Positions 30,301 to 39,662 of a stretch of 63,537 bases of DNA are shown here, in pieces. Under the pieces are notes generated by a model. It ran no database searches. It worked only from the letters and a program-made list of their open reading frames with translations, and was not told the DNA's origin. Positions within the stretch are counted from its first letter, which is position 1, and each line of letters begins with the position of its first letter. The DNA comes from Promethearchaeota archaeon (lineage in GTDB: Archaea > Asgardarchaeota > Lokiarchaeia > Sigyniarchaeales > SOKP01), in NCBI GenBank assembly GCA_029838195.1, contig JALGVJ010000022.1:1-63537 (forward strand). Direction: 5' to 3'. The translations under genes and the position numbers were made by a program.

Positions 30301-30803
30301 GCTTGCAAGCAGAGTTTACATGCTCCTTTCGTTAGATATAAGCATTTATCTTTATCTATCGTGGCTTTTCGAGGAACCGCTTGAGGGAACGGAATGTAAA
30401 TGGCTGTTCGCATGCCCATGCCCTCTTCAAACTCATTAGGAATTTTTTTCATGGGACATTTTTCAGAACACGCCCCACAGCCCGTACATTTATCGATATC
30501 CACGAATCGGGATTTCTTCAAGATTTTTACCTTGAAATTTCCCGCCTCTCCGGTCAATTCTTTAATTTCTGAATAGGTCAATAATTCTATGTTAGGGTGC
30601 CGTGAGACTTCGACCATTTTTGGAGCAAGGATGCAAATGGAGCAATCTAGAGTAGGGAAAGTTTTGTCTAGTTGAGCCATGCGTCCTCCCACCGATGGAG
30701 TTTTTTCTACCAAGATAACGTGATATCCTTCATCTGCGAGGGTCAAGGAAGCTTCAATGCCACTTATGCCGCCGCCAATCACTAAAATATTGCTATTTTT
30801 CAT
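27306..30803 (-). CDS. hdrA: Tandem HdrA modules fused to a C-terminal MvhD domain
   Basis: Two GGGIxG FAD motifs, DKTFPTLDC, two CVGSR...CSxxCC clusters, ferredoxin motifs; MvhD CNWCSY, RVMCTGR, GCHLGDCHY. Confidence 0.92.
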   Translation of the reverse strand: MKNSNILVIGGGISGIEASLTLADEGYHVILVEKTPSVGGRMAQLDKTFPTLDCSICILAPKMVEVSRHPNIELLTYSEIKELTGEAGNFKVKILKKSRFVDIDKCTGCGACSEKCPMKKIPNEFEEGMGMRTAIYIPFPQAVPRKATIDKDKCLYLTKGACKLCLQACEADAINFEMEDEEVEYEVASVIVATGYDLLDPSVLTRYHYGEYPNVITAMQYERLLSASGPTGGQILRPSDGKHAHEIAFIACVGSRNEDLCAYCSKFCCMYMAKEGVVTREHAANTKVTIFFNDVRVIGKNQEEFIERAKEEYKLTYYHGIPGDIREDPETHDLYVKHANLDTGEVETNKFDLVVLASAVIPRTDAEEMSKILGIERNELGFYRTPDSTEDLRSTREGVYITGSCQSPDDIANSVAKAGGAAALASLHAVPLSKEEMKVELPPLREVSEWDEPRIGVFVCECGVNIGGYVDVPALVEYSKTLPNVVFAMNNKYSCSSLTQDIIKEKIKELNLNRVVVAACTPRTHEPLFQHTIREAGLNEYLFNFVSIRELDSWVHMTEREKATDKAKDLIRMGVARSRALKPEFKIKGKVVPEALVVGGGIAGMSAAMEIAKQGFKVHLVEKEDKLGGQLNRIYKINFDRIDSAEFLEKTLKELNAQKLITAYLNSEIKSVKGSIGDFKVQVKDNGKNEEIKLNVGVIIMATGTHEYKPVGWYHYGEEGMEDKVMTQLELSEKLRNNELKDGETLVFIHCVGSRQPEGGNGVTYCSLICCSESIRHALYVKEQYPNSNIFVLYRDIRVGTDEEPYYWKARENINYIRFNDYPTVDITNDHLTVNVKDILTQVDLTINADRVVLSTPLVPNETEKLGEMIKCARDQNGFFLEAHVKLRPVDFATDGIYLAGTCHGPKGIADSIAQGRAAAAHALIPLISGEVENEPLVSVVNPALCIACQKCEEACNFGAIGVNFDNEIMVSESNPLLCKGCGDCAAACPAGAITMSHFADEQLYPMIHEAVKGDFIDERPRIVAFLCNWCSYAGADTCGVSRFQYPTNIRPIRVMCTGRIPKHFILQAFLEGADGVFIGGCHLGDCHYLEGNYDMLQRYNEIKEILEKVGIDPKRLRLEWVSASEGKRFAEVVTDFVKQIKELGPLPKTGDKIMKKEKKEEVAV

Positions 30804-30985
30804 GATCTATCAAATTTTTAATTTTTTTTTCCCAATTTAAATACGTTCCTAAGGAATAATTTCCTAATTTAGTAAATATGTAGATATCCTTTAAATATCT
30901 TTCTTTTTATTTAAAAAACTGTTTAATATTTAAAGGAACTGATCTGAATATAGAAAATTTAAATGGAGAGAATGAACAATTGCGG

Positions 30986-31029
30986 TATATACCATTAAAT
31001 TCTTCAATATATACCATTAAATTCTTCAA
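30986..31029. repeat. Perfect 22-bp tandem duplication
   Basis: TATATACCATTAAATTCTTCAA at 30986-31007 and 31008-31029. Confidence 0.9.
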
Positions 31030-31457
31030 TATACGACTATTTTTAGCATTAAATTACTGAAATTGTATCAGAATAATGACAGAAAGAGTCATTAATTGCT
31101 AAATTTAGTGATGAAAAAAGGAATCATTATCGTTTCATGTAACAACTATTATAAAAAAGAATTATTTTTCATCATATAAAAAATTTAAAGGATCGTTTTC
31201 AGTACATGATTTTTTCTTTTCGGCAATTCAAGTAGTCATCCTTTCAATTATAACTAAGAAAAACTTGCACGTATTATCAAGATTGAACATTCTTCCCCTT
31301 CTTATTATTATAATAGGGTGCTTGAAAGGATTCACGCTCTTTTATGAATTTTAAAAAAATTTCATAAATATTAAAATCCATTAACCATGATTTTAAGTCA
31401 AGCATTAATGAATACATGTAACAAGAGTTAAATCATCAATAAAAAAAGGAGAAAACC

Positions 31458-32840
31458 ATGAAAGAAGAAAGCGAAGAGGGAATGGAAAATAGAAAATATT
31501 CGTGGTGGTATCACATTCAATTCAATCTCGTAATGTTCATGCTACCGGGAACGTACGGCATTTTTGGTACTCATTTTTTCTGGTATTATGAAAAAGAAGT
31601 ATTATTACCGGTTATTTTCGTGGGAATTGCGAATGTAATCTATTTGTTATGGGACGCTATCAATGATCCCCTCATAGGATACCTATCTGATCGTCCTACA
31701 AAATGGAGTAAGAAATATGGAAGGAGATTTCCATACATCGCAATAATGGGGATTCCAACCGCACTCACAATGATGCTATTATTCATTCCACCGTTTACCG
31801 ACGCACGAGTAAATCCTATTCCCGTATTTCTTTATGTAGTCATCATCCTCGTGATTCATGAAACGGGATATACATGTGTAAGCCTTACAAGAGCTCTATT
31901 TCCTGAGAAATTCCGTTCAGACTCAGAACGGAGAAGGAATGCCGGAATTGGTTTATTAATTTATAACATGGGCTATCTTTTCGGATTTTTAATCCCGATG
32001 CTCATTGTTACTCCAGGAGATATTCCCTCTTATTTTTTAGGAGCTATGATATTGACCATTCCTAATATCTTGACCTTTCTTATAGGATTGCCGGCCGTGC
32101 GAGAAGAGAAAGAAATGAGAGAACGCATCTCCTCTATAGAAAAAGTATCTTTTTTAGAAGCATTGAAAAATGCGGTTTCTAAAAAAAATGTGCGCGCCCT
32201 TATCCTAGTTCGGATGGCAAATCAAACCTTAGGCGCATGTATCATGGCATCCATCTATTATTTTGCAAATTTTATTTTACTGAATCCTGATGCAGATATT
32301 CCGGTAATCTTGGCTTGGTTTGGAGCGGGTTTGATTAGTATTCCTTTTTGGATGAAAATGCATGGCAAGGTAGGAAATCGAAACTTACAAGCCATGGCGA
32401 TACTCGCCTATGTTTTTGCTCTTATCCCCTTCATGTTTGTTAAAACATTGACAGGAGCGGCTATTGCAGGTTTTATTTTAGGGTTCATGATGGGGGCGAT
32501 TAGCTTCATTACATACCCTATATATTCAGATGTAGTAGATGAGGCTACTATCATTGATGGGAAGCGACAAGAAGGGATATATCAAGGCGTATTGGCATTT
32601 TTTGACCGATTTGGGATAATAATGCAGCCCATATTATTTACTATTGTTCATATAATCACCGAATTTGATCCTGAAGCAACCACTCAAACACCTATTGCTC
32701 AACAAGGCATAATAGCTTTAATGACTTGGATTCCCGGAGCAATTGCGCTCATAGCATGCATTATCTTTTGGTTAAAATATGATTTGACCAAGGAAAAACT
32801 TATAGAAATACGGAACCAATTACAAGAATTAAAATTGTAA
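31458..32840 (+). CDS. MFS transporter, GPH (MelB-like) family
   Basis: WDAINDPLIGYLSDR, GRRFPY, DVVDE...RQEGIY. Confidence 0.9.
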   Translation: MKEESEEGMENRKYSWWYHIQFNLVMFMLPGTYGIFGTHFFWYYEKEVLLPVIFVGIANVIYLLWDAINDPLIGYLSDRPTKWSKKYGRRFPYIAIMGIPTALTMMLLFIPPFTDARVNPIPVFLYVVIILVIHETGYTCVSLTRALFPEKFRSDSERRRNAGIGLLIYNMGYLFGFLIPMLIVTPGDIPSYFLGAMILTIPNILTFLIGLPAVREEKEMRERISSIEKVSFLEALKNAVSKKNVRALILVRMANQTLGACIMASIYYFANFILLNPDADIPVILAWFGAGLISIPFWMKMHGKVGNRNLQAMAILAYVFALIPFMFVKTLTGAAIAGFILGFMMGAISFITYPIYSDVVDEATIIDGKRQEGIYQGVLAFFDRFGIIMQPILFTIVHIITEFDPEATTQTPIAQQGIIALMTWIPGAIALIACIIFWLKYDLTKEKLIEIRNQLQELKL

Positions 32841-33095
32841 TTAAATATTCAATTCTTTTTTTTTTAATAATTTTTTGTTAATTTTTTTATCGGGCTATTT
32901 ATCTAGTAGATAAACCCCGGAAAGTTAAAAAACTTGAAGAATATGGGGAGCTTGAAACGCCGTGAAGAAGCCTTTTTTTCCTTAGAAAAAGGAAAAAATG
33001 ATATTCTTATATTTCATTGGAAAAATTAGCATATTACATGGATTTAAATAGTATTAAGGAGATGATTTTTTTAATAACATTTAAAAATTAATACC

Positions 33096-33779
33096 ATGAA
33101 GGTTGTTGTCTCAGGACCCCTTGGTTCGGGAAAATCGAGCTATGTCCGACTTTTAGACTCGAAAGCGTTGAACATTGAAGCTGAAAGCAAGCAACTTGGT
33201 TTTAAGACCACGGTAGCTATGGACATGGGCATGATTAGGTTAAACGGTTTTGATGTCTTTTTATTCGGAACCCCTGGTTTGCTTCATTTTAGCGTGATGA
33301 GAGATATTGTTACAAGTGGAGCAGACGGCGTGATTTTCATTTTTGACGCTTCGCAACCCGAAAAAGACAAAGATGCCATCATTATCTTGAATTCGATTAG
33401 GAAAGTATTGGAGCCTAATACGCCCATCGTATTTTTAGCTAACAAACAGGACATTAAAAACGTGCGGAGTCCAGAAGTCATAAGAGCGCAAAATTCCTTA
33501 CCGAAGGAAGCCAAAATTTTTCCTTCCAGTACGAGAACGGGGTTAAATGTAAGAGAATCGCTTAAATATTTAGTCAATACGATATTTGATAATTATTCTG
33601 AATTGCTTCAAGTACTTCGCACGTATCAGGATGACATTAAGGGATTGGCAAAACGATTGAATAAGAACAAGGCACAAATGCGGGATTTCTTGAATAGTTT
33701 AGAGATCAAGCGGTTCATAGAGCTCGATCGAATTAATCAATGCTATAAAGTGCGGGAAGGTTTGAAAAACTTGATTTAA
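33096..33779 (+). CDS. Small GTPase (MglA/Arf-like) with C-terminal HTH-like extension
   Basis: GPLGSGKS, TTVAMD, FGTPG, ANKQD, SST. Confidence 0.85.
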   Translation: MKVVVSGPLGSGKSSYVRLLDSKALNIEAESKQLGFKTTVAMDMGMIRLNGFDVFLFGTPGLLHFSVMRDIVTSGADGVIFIFDASQPEKDKDAIIILNSIRKVLEPNTPIVFLANKQDIKNVRSPEVIRAQNSLPKEAKIFPSSTRTGLNVRESLKYLVNTIFDNYSELLQVLRTYQDDIKGLAKRLNKNKAQMRDFLNSLEIKRFIELDRINQCYKVREGLKNLI

Positions 33780-33780
33780 T

Positions 33781-34449
33781 TTGTCAATTGAACAGATTGG
33801 TTTTAACTTCCGCAAGTTGGGATTTAAAAAATCATTTTATTTTTATGCCTCCTCCCTGCATCCTAATGAATTAACCTATTGTAATTGTCTCAATTATGGT
33901 CCAAATGACGGATTAGATCCCCGGCAATTGACCAAGGGAGAGATGTATATCCGCTCCTTACTACTTGACCTAATAGAGTTTTTTAGAAAAAATATTGATG
34001 GATGTCAAGAATGTTACGCTGCGGGAGCAGCTCCCTATATCGGACAGCGGCGGGGTCGATCGGTCTATTGCGAATATGAACTAACTCGGGAAGACTGCAT
34101 TGAAGGGAAACAATTTGAGGATCAAATTGGATGCGCATCGTTTATCGATTTAGGTAATATTATCGTGAAAAATTCCGGTGCTTTTGGCATTCTTTATCGG
34201 GCCATAATACCTTTAAAGATAAAAAATCTTCTTGCGGCCAGCTGGACAATTTCACCCGATAACATTGCATTTGCTGCAACGAGAAATACCGTACCTTCCA
34301 TGATCACTGGTCAAGCGGCGGGTACTGCAGCGGCTATCGCCATCAATAATCGTTGTACTCCTCACGAAATTTCCATTAAAACGCTCCAAGGCAAATTGAA
34401 AGAAGGAAATGCTCTTTTAAAGCCTGTTGAATTTGATATTAAAAATTAA
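33781..34449 (+). pseudogene. C-terminal part of an FAD-dependent oxidoreductase, lacking the N-terminal Rossmann motif
   Basis: YELTREDC, GILYRAIIP..KNLLAA..IS, TGQAAGTAAA; no GxGxxG. Confidence 0.6.
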
Positions 34450-34629
34450 TGGATATCGGGATAAAGTGAATAAAACCACTCAAGAGTATTCAATTTTTAC
34501 ATGACTATAAAGGGAACGAAGGAAAGGAAGTACTATAATAATAAAATCATGGGCATGGATAAAATTAAACACGAAACTTTGCCGGTAAAGGCAAAATTTT
34601 TTGCTTAATTACTAAAAGAAAAGAAGAAT

Positions 34630-36504
34630 TTAATAGAACTCAAAAGGCGGGATGATATTTTCTTTATAATTTTCTTGTAAATCCTTCAATTCAGTTCTCT
34701 GATTTTTTAATATCTTCCAGAAGAATTCAGGAGTATTCTCTTCTTTTTTGAAGAGATTTTCAATGCGATCTAATTTTTCCAAGAGTTTTTCCGTTCGGAG
34801 AGAAAATTGTTGTACGTACTCTTCCTTGGAATAGGCCTTGTTTAAAATAGTTTTAAATAGATGAACGAGATCGTCATAACGTGGAATGTGCCCAATGGGA
34901 GTGCGAACTGCCTCATGTTCGCCATGAGCTCGACTTTCTGCCCATAAAAGCCATACTTTTTTATCTAGCATTCCCGTGAGATAATTCCCATTTCCATCCT
35001 TTAGAAAGTAATTTGTAGCAAACACTTTTGGAGGATGTTTTAATGCTTTTCCAAATTTTTGATGATTTGTTAAATATTTACTCAAGGGAATCACCATGAA
35101 ATCTAAATTCGCCATGGGGTTTGATTTTTTCATGCCCATTTTACCTAAAGTGGCGAACGTGGTTTCTGATTCGATGGAAGCGCCTAGAAAAATACCGTGC
35201 TCCCAATCAAAACTTTCTAAAACGGGAACCATGGTATCTGAATCTCTTCCTCCATAAAAGATTCCTTTAATGGGCACGCCTTTCGGATCGTTCAAATGAG
35301 GATCTGCATTGGCTAAATCGACAATTCGAATGGTATATCTAGCATTCGGATGGGCTAATGGTATTTCCTTTCCTTCATCATCTTTTTTTCCTACGTGCCA
35401 TTCTCCGGAGTGATTAAATCCTTTTGCCGGTGTCTTTACTCCCATTCCTAACCAATAGGGCTTCCCCTCATTTATTAAAACATTAGAAAAAATCATTTCT
35501 TTAGGAGTCGTGAGGGCTTCATAAATGACGGAATCATCACGGGGATTCACATCCTGAATTATGCCAAAAATTCCGCATTCAATATTTACCGCATGAGCAT
35601 GTCCATCATCCCAAAGGCGAAGATAGGCTATATCATCCCCCACGATCGTTTGCCCCGGAATCATGGCAGTGGATGTCTTGCCACAAGCGCTGGGATAAGC
35701 TCCACAAAAATAGCTCACGCGATTCTTGCCCGGAGGATGAACTCCCATTATAAACATGTGTTCCGCAAGCCAATCTTCATTATTCGACTGATTTATAGCT
35801 AAGCGCAGGGCAAGTTTTTTCAATCCTAAAGAATTCCCCGCATATTGATTGTTTACGGTTAACACGCGATTTTCTTTTAAATCAATGTAAATTCTTCTCT
35901 TATCAATATTTTTCGTTACGGGGGGATTTCCGATGAGCTCTCCTGCAGAATGGATGAAATAATAAAAATTTTCCGAACCATTTAATTTTTTGAACTCTTC
36001 ATATCCTTGACGATATAATAAATCTTCGCTATGTCCTACATAAAACGAATCCGTTAATTGGAGTGCGCAGATAGTAAATTTCGAATTTTTTGGACCTAAG
36101 CAGAAGAATCTCACCAAGCATTCCTTTCCTTTCATGGAGCCCTCCATGATGCTCAAGATTTCTTTTAATCCCTCATCTCTATCAATCGTATTAATCCAAG
36201 GTGACCTATATTCTCCTTTTGGTATTAATGTTTTCGTATTTGCTTTATCACGAGCTTGGTCCAAATAACTATCATAATGCACGGTGGCGCCTTCTAATTT
36301 TAAAGGAATCTCCTCTCCTAATTCTATTGCCTTTTTCCTCACGTATTCCAAATCTTCGGGCGAATCTGTTATTACCGTGACTTTACTTGGCTTACATAAA
36401 CGAGTAAACTCGTCTATTATTCTTAAAACCTTCTCATTTTTAAGAGCGTATAATTTTTCTAAATTCTTCTGACCAATAACATCCAATTTGAGTTGATATA
36501 CCAT
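34630..36504 (-). CDS. pckG: GTP-dependent phosphoenolpyruvate carboxykinase
   Basis: YAGNSLGLKK, WLAEHM, PSACGKT, VGDDIA, HPNARY, YGGRD. Confidence 0.95.
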   Translation of the reverse strand: MVYQLKLDVIGQKNLEKLYALKNEKVLRIIDEFTRLCKPSKVTVITDSPEDLEYVRKKAIELGEEIPLKLEGATVHYDSYLDQARDKANTKTLIPKGEYRSPWINTIDRDEGLKEILSIMEGSMKGKECLVRFFCLGPKNSKFTICALQLTDSFYVGHSEDLLYRQGYEEFKKLNGSENFYYFIHSAGELIGNPPVTKNIDKRRIYIDLKENRVLTVNNQYAGNSLGLKKLALRLAINQSNNEDWLAEHMFIMGVHPPGKNRVSYFCGAYPSACGKTSTAMIPGQTIVGDDIAYLRLWDDGHAHAVNIECGIFGIIQDVNPRDDSVIYEALTTPKEMIFSNVLINEGKPYWLGMGVKTPAKGFNHSGEWHVGKKDDEGKEIPLAHPNARYTIRIVDLANADPHLNDPKGVPIKGIFYGGRDSDTMVPVLESFDWEHGIFLGASIESETTFATLGKMGMKKSNPMANLDFMVIPLSKYLTNHQKFGKALKHPPKVFATNYFLKDGNGNYLTGMLDKKVWLLWAESRAHGEHEAVRTPIGHIPRYDDLVHLFKTILNKAYSKEEYVQQFSLRTEKLLEKLDRIENLFKKEENTPEFFWKILKNQRTELKDLQENYKENIIPPFEFY

Positions 36505-37077
36505 TTTTAAAATTTTCTCTTGTTATCTTTTAAGAAATAAGATTTTGAACGAAATATCAATAATCATAATTAAAAAATGTACATTAATATAAAAACTTTA
36601 GAAAAATTGAAAAATGTTTAGAGAAAAAATAATTTTTAATAAAAATTTTATTCCATCATTTCATCCTATTTGAATTTTCTTGTTTTTGATGAAATTTTTT
36701 TAGAGAACATGAAAAAGAGTCGAGGAGAAGAAATTTTTTTCGTAAGATCTTCATACCATTATAAGAAAGGTTTAATAAAATTTTTATTGTTCTATTTTGA
36801 TTTAAAAATTTAAAATTAATTGAGATAATGGACCCCCGGCTAAATAACCATGTAATTTAATATTTATATTGAATGTTCTTTTATCCTTTTTCCCGGGAGA
36901 AAGGCAATTATATCAAGGCGATAAATGAGAAAAAAAAAATGAATGGAACAAGCACTAAAAGCAACCCATGAATATCTGTTCCAAAAATATTTTTTTTAAT
37001 ATGGATTAATTTCGATATTCTGCTAATTATTTATTTATTTTTATTATTCCCTTATTCGGGGGATAAGTTCGTGAATA

Positions 37078-38289
37078 ATGATGACATCAAAAAAAAAGAA
37101 AAAAATCACGTTTCCCGAATGGCCCATTCATGATGAGGCAGAAATTCAAGCCTTGAAAAATGTCATTACATCGGGTAAGTGGTGGTGCGGCTCTCCGACT
37201 AATCCTGAAGGAAAGCACGTGTGGAAATTTCAAGAAGAATTTGCTAAATTTCATCGGGCAAAAGAATGTGTGGCCGTATTTAATGGAACCGTCGCACTCG
37301 AAATTGCATTGTCAGCTTTGGGAATTGGTTTAGGAGATGAAGTAATCGTTCCTGACCTCACGTTTGTAGCAACTGCATCTGCTGTCGTGGCTACTAATGC
37401 CGTTCCAATTTTTTGCGACATTGATCCCGATACCTTGGTAATGGATGTAAATAAAATTGAAGATTTAATCTCAGAGCGGACAAGAGCCATCATTCCCGTT
37501 CATTTAGGAGGAAATCCCGTTGAAATGGATAGATTAATGGAAATCGCAGAGAAGCACGATTTGAAAGTCGTAGAAGATTGTGCTCATGCTTATGGCTCTA
37601 TTTATAAGGGTAAAATGGCGGGAAATTGGGGTCACGCCGGGACTTTTAGTTTCCAAGCCTCAAAAGTATTAACTGCTGGTGAGGGGGGTGCCATCCTCAC
37701 GAATAATGAGGAATTGGCTGATTTGATGTACACGTTATCAGATTGTGGAAGGAAAAAAAAGCAACTCTCTTATCAGCATTTCATTCATGGAAATAATTAT
37801 CGCATGACCGAATATCAAGCGGCCGTGTTATTGAATCAAATGAAAAAATTTCCCGCTCAACATGAATTACGGAATAAAAACGCTAAATATCTAAGGGAAA
37901 AATTAAATGCCATGAAAGGCATTTCCACCATGAAACCCACGCCAGGGACTGAAATGCTTGGGTATTACATTTTTCCGTTCTTATATGATCCTAACGAGTT
38001 CGAAAATTTAACACCAGCGCAATTTTATGGCAAATTAATCAGATGGAAAATCCCATTTCAGCCCTCCTATTTACCGCTACACCAATTAGAATGCTTTAAA
38101 AACGTGAACTTGAGAAAAGGAATCGATTATAGTAATGCAAATTGGGGAGGCAAGAAAAGTAGCGACGTGAATTTTCCCATCACCTCCTCAGTGATCAAGC
38201 GAATTATTCAATTCCCCCATCAAATTTTACTCTCTACAAGAGAACAATTAGATTATATTGTCGATGCCATCTCATCCTTGCATTCTTGA
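37078..38289 (+). CDS. DegT/DnrJ/EryC1/StrS PLP-dependent aminotransferase
   Basis: NGTVAL, TFVATA, PVHLGG, EDCAHA, FSFQASK, GEGG, NYRM. Confidence 0.92.
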   Translation: MMTSKKKKKITFPEWPIHDEAEIQALKNVITSGKWWCGSPTNPEGKHVWKFQEEFAKFHRAKECVAVFNGTVALEIALSALGIGLGDEVIVPDLTFVATASAVVATNAVPIFCDIDPDTLVMDVNKIEDLISERTRAIIPVHLGGNPVEMDRLMEIAEKHDLKVVEDCAHAYGSIYKGKMAGNWGHAGTFSFQASKVLTAGEGGAILTNNEELADLMYTLSDCGRKKKQLSYQHFIHGNNYRMTEYQAAVLLNQMKKFPAQHELRNKNAKYLREKLNAMKGISTMKPTPGTEMLGYYIFPFLYDPNEFENLTPAQFYGKLIRWKIPFQPSYLPLHQLECFKNVNLRKGIDYSNANWGGKKSSDVNFPITSSVIKRIIQFPHQILLSTREQLDYIVDAISSLHS

Positions 38290-38629
38290 AGTTTCCGCAG
38301 TTAAATAAATATTCCTCTTCAGCTCAGAATTCGATTATTTTTTTTAAATCATTATATCTTTAATTTTAAGTTGGTAAAAAGAATGGTTGCTTGATTTATC
38401 AAGTTCTTCTCGGCCATTAAATTTATTTCTCAAAAAAATGAGTATCATGTATAAGTGAGTTTGAATCTCACAGATTTTCAACTTTTCCTTTAAATTCCCC
38501 GCTCCGTGAAATTAAAAGAAAAGAAAAAAGAGTCATAGAAGGAAAAAAAATATATGTGAAAAAAAAAAGAATAATTAATTAAAAAATAAAAGTAAGCTCA
38601 CGGCTTTTCATGTAAATGAGGAGGCTTTT

Positions 38630-39646
38630 TCAAGGCTCGACTAAGATTTTTATATCCTTCGTTTCAGGGTCGATTGCGGCTTCAAATCCCTCTTCCACGA
38701 TGTCCTGTAGAGGCACTATTTTCGTGACAATCGGGTCGGGGTCAATCAATTTCTTCGCCACCAATTCCACTGCAAACTCGAAATCCTCCCGCACGTACCC
38801 GTATACGCCTTGAATTCGAATTTGGTTCATGACATACTTTAATAGATTAATTTCCAAGGGCTTATCCCATAGTCCAATCTGAACAATGGTACCCCCCTTT
38901 CTCACTACATCTATTGCCGCATTTACCAATACGGGAACTCCGGAACATTCGAAAATGTAATCTAATCCTGCCACCCCTTTTTTGTTGGCTCGCTTAATCT
39001 TGGGAAAGATTAATTTTTCCATAGCTAAATCGGGCTCGAATTTCTTGGCAATTTCTAAACGAAATGGATTTTTCTCCACCACCACGATGGTTCTCGCTCC
39101 CGCTAATTTCAATACCTGAAGAGAAAATTGCCCAATGGTGCCCATTCCTAAAATCCCCACGGAAGAGCCCGGAATAAAGCTTGCTTCTCGAAGAGCCAGC
39201 AAGGATGTCGCAATTTGATCGAATACGGTCCCATGCTTATCAGGTATCGAATCCGGCAAGGCCACTAAATGATGGTCTGATACCAAAACATACTCAGCAA
39301 ACCCACCATTTGCGCCTATACCTATTGCATCTTCATACACACAGAGATTTGTCAGCCCTTGTTGACAATACCAACATTTCCCCCCACAATGAAGCGTGGG
39401 AAAGATGGTCACCCGATCGCCTTTTTTCCATTTTTTGACTGCGGGTCCCATTTCTTCCACATAACCCATTATCTCGTGACCGAGTACCACGTGTGCCGGA
39501 TACAAGCCCGTCTTGTAAGCTTCGAGATCCGAGCCACATATACCGGCATATTTTACTTTTACCAGAACCTCTCTTTCTTTTGGCACGGGTTTCGGTATCT
39601 CTTCGAGAACAATGGTTTTTTTTCCTTTATACCTTGCGCCCAGCAT
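38630..39646 (-). CDS. Zn-dependent medium-chain dehydrogenase (butanediol/sorbitol dehydrogenase-like)
   Basis: GICGSD, GHE, CGGKCWYC...C, GMGTIG. Confidence 0.9.
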   Translation of the reverse strand: MLGARYKGKKTIVLEEIPKPVPKEREVLVKVKYAGICGSDLEAYKTGLYPAHVVLGHEIMGYVEEMGPAVKKWKKGDRVTIFPTLHCGGKCWYCQQGLTNLCVYEDAIGIGANGGFAEYVLVSDHHLVALPDSIPDKHGTVFDQIATSLLALREASFIPGSSVGILGMGTIGQFSLQVLKLAGARTIVVVEKNPFRLEIAKKFEPDLAMEKLIFPKIKRANKKGVAGLDYIFECSGVPVLVNAAIDVVRKGGTIVQIGLWDKPLEINLLKYVMNQIRIQGVYGYVREDFEFAVELVAKKLIDPDPIVTKIVPLQDIVEEGFEAAIDPETKDIKILVEP

Positions 39647-39662
39647 GATTCATCGTACTCCC

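Noticed and set aside
27306-30803. Selenoprotein HdrA/MvhD
   Set aside because: The ORF is uninterrupted with Cys at the relevant motifs and has no in-frame TGA
9728-30803. sHdr-type sulfur-oxidation system linking TusA/DsrE to Hdr
   Set aside because: The loci are more than 13 kb apart; the Hdr is MvhD/MetFV-associated and lacks the sHdr gene order and lipoate-binding proteins
30986-31029. CRISPR array
   Set aside because: Only two abutting copies, no spacer, no cas genes
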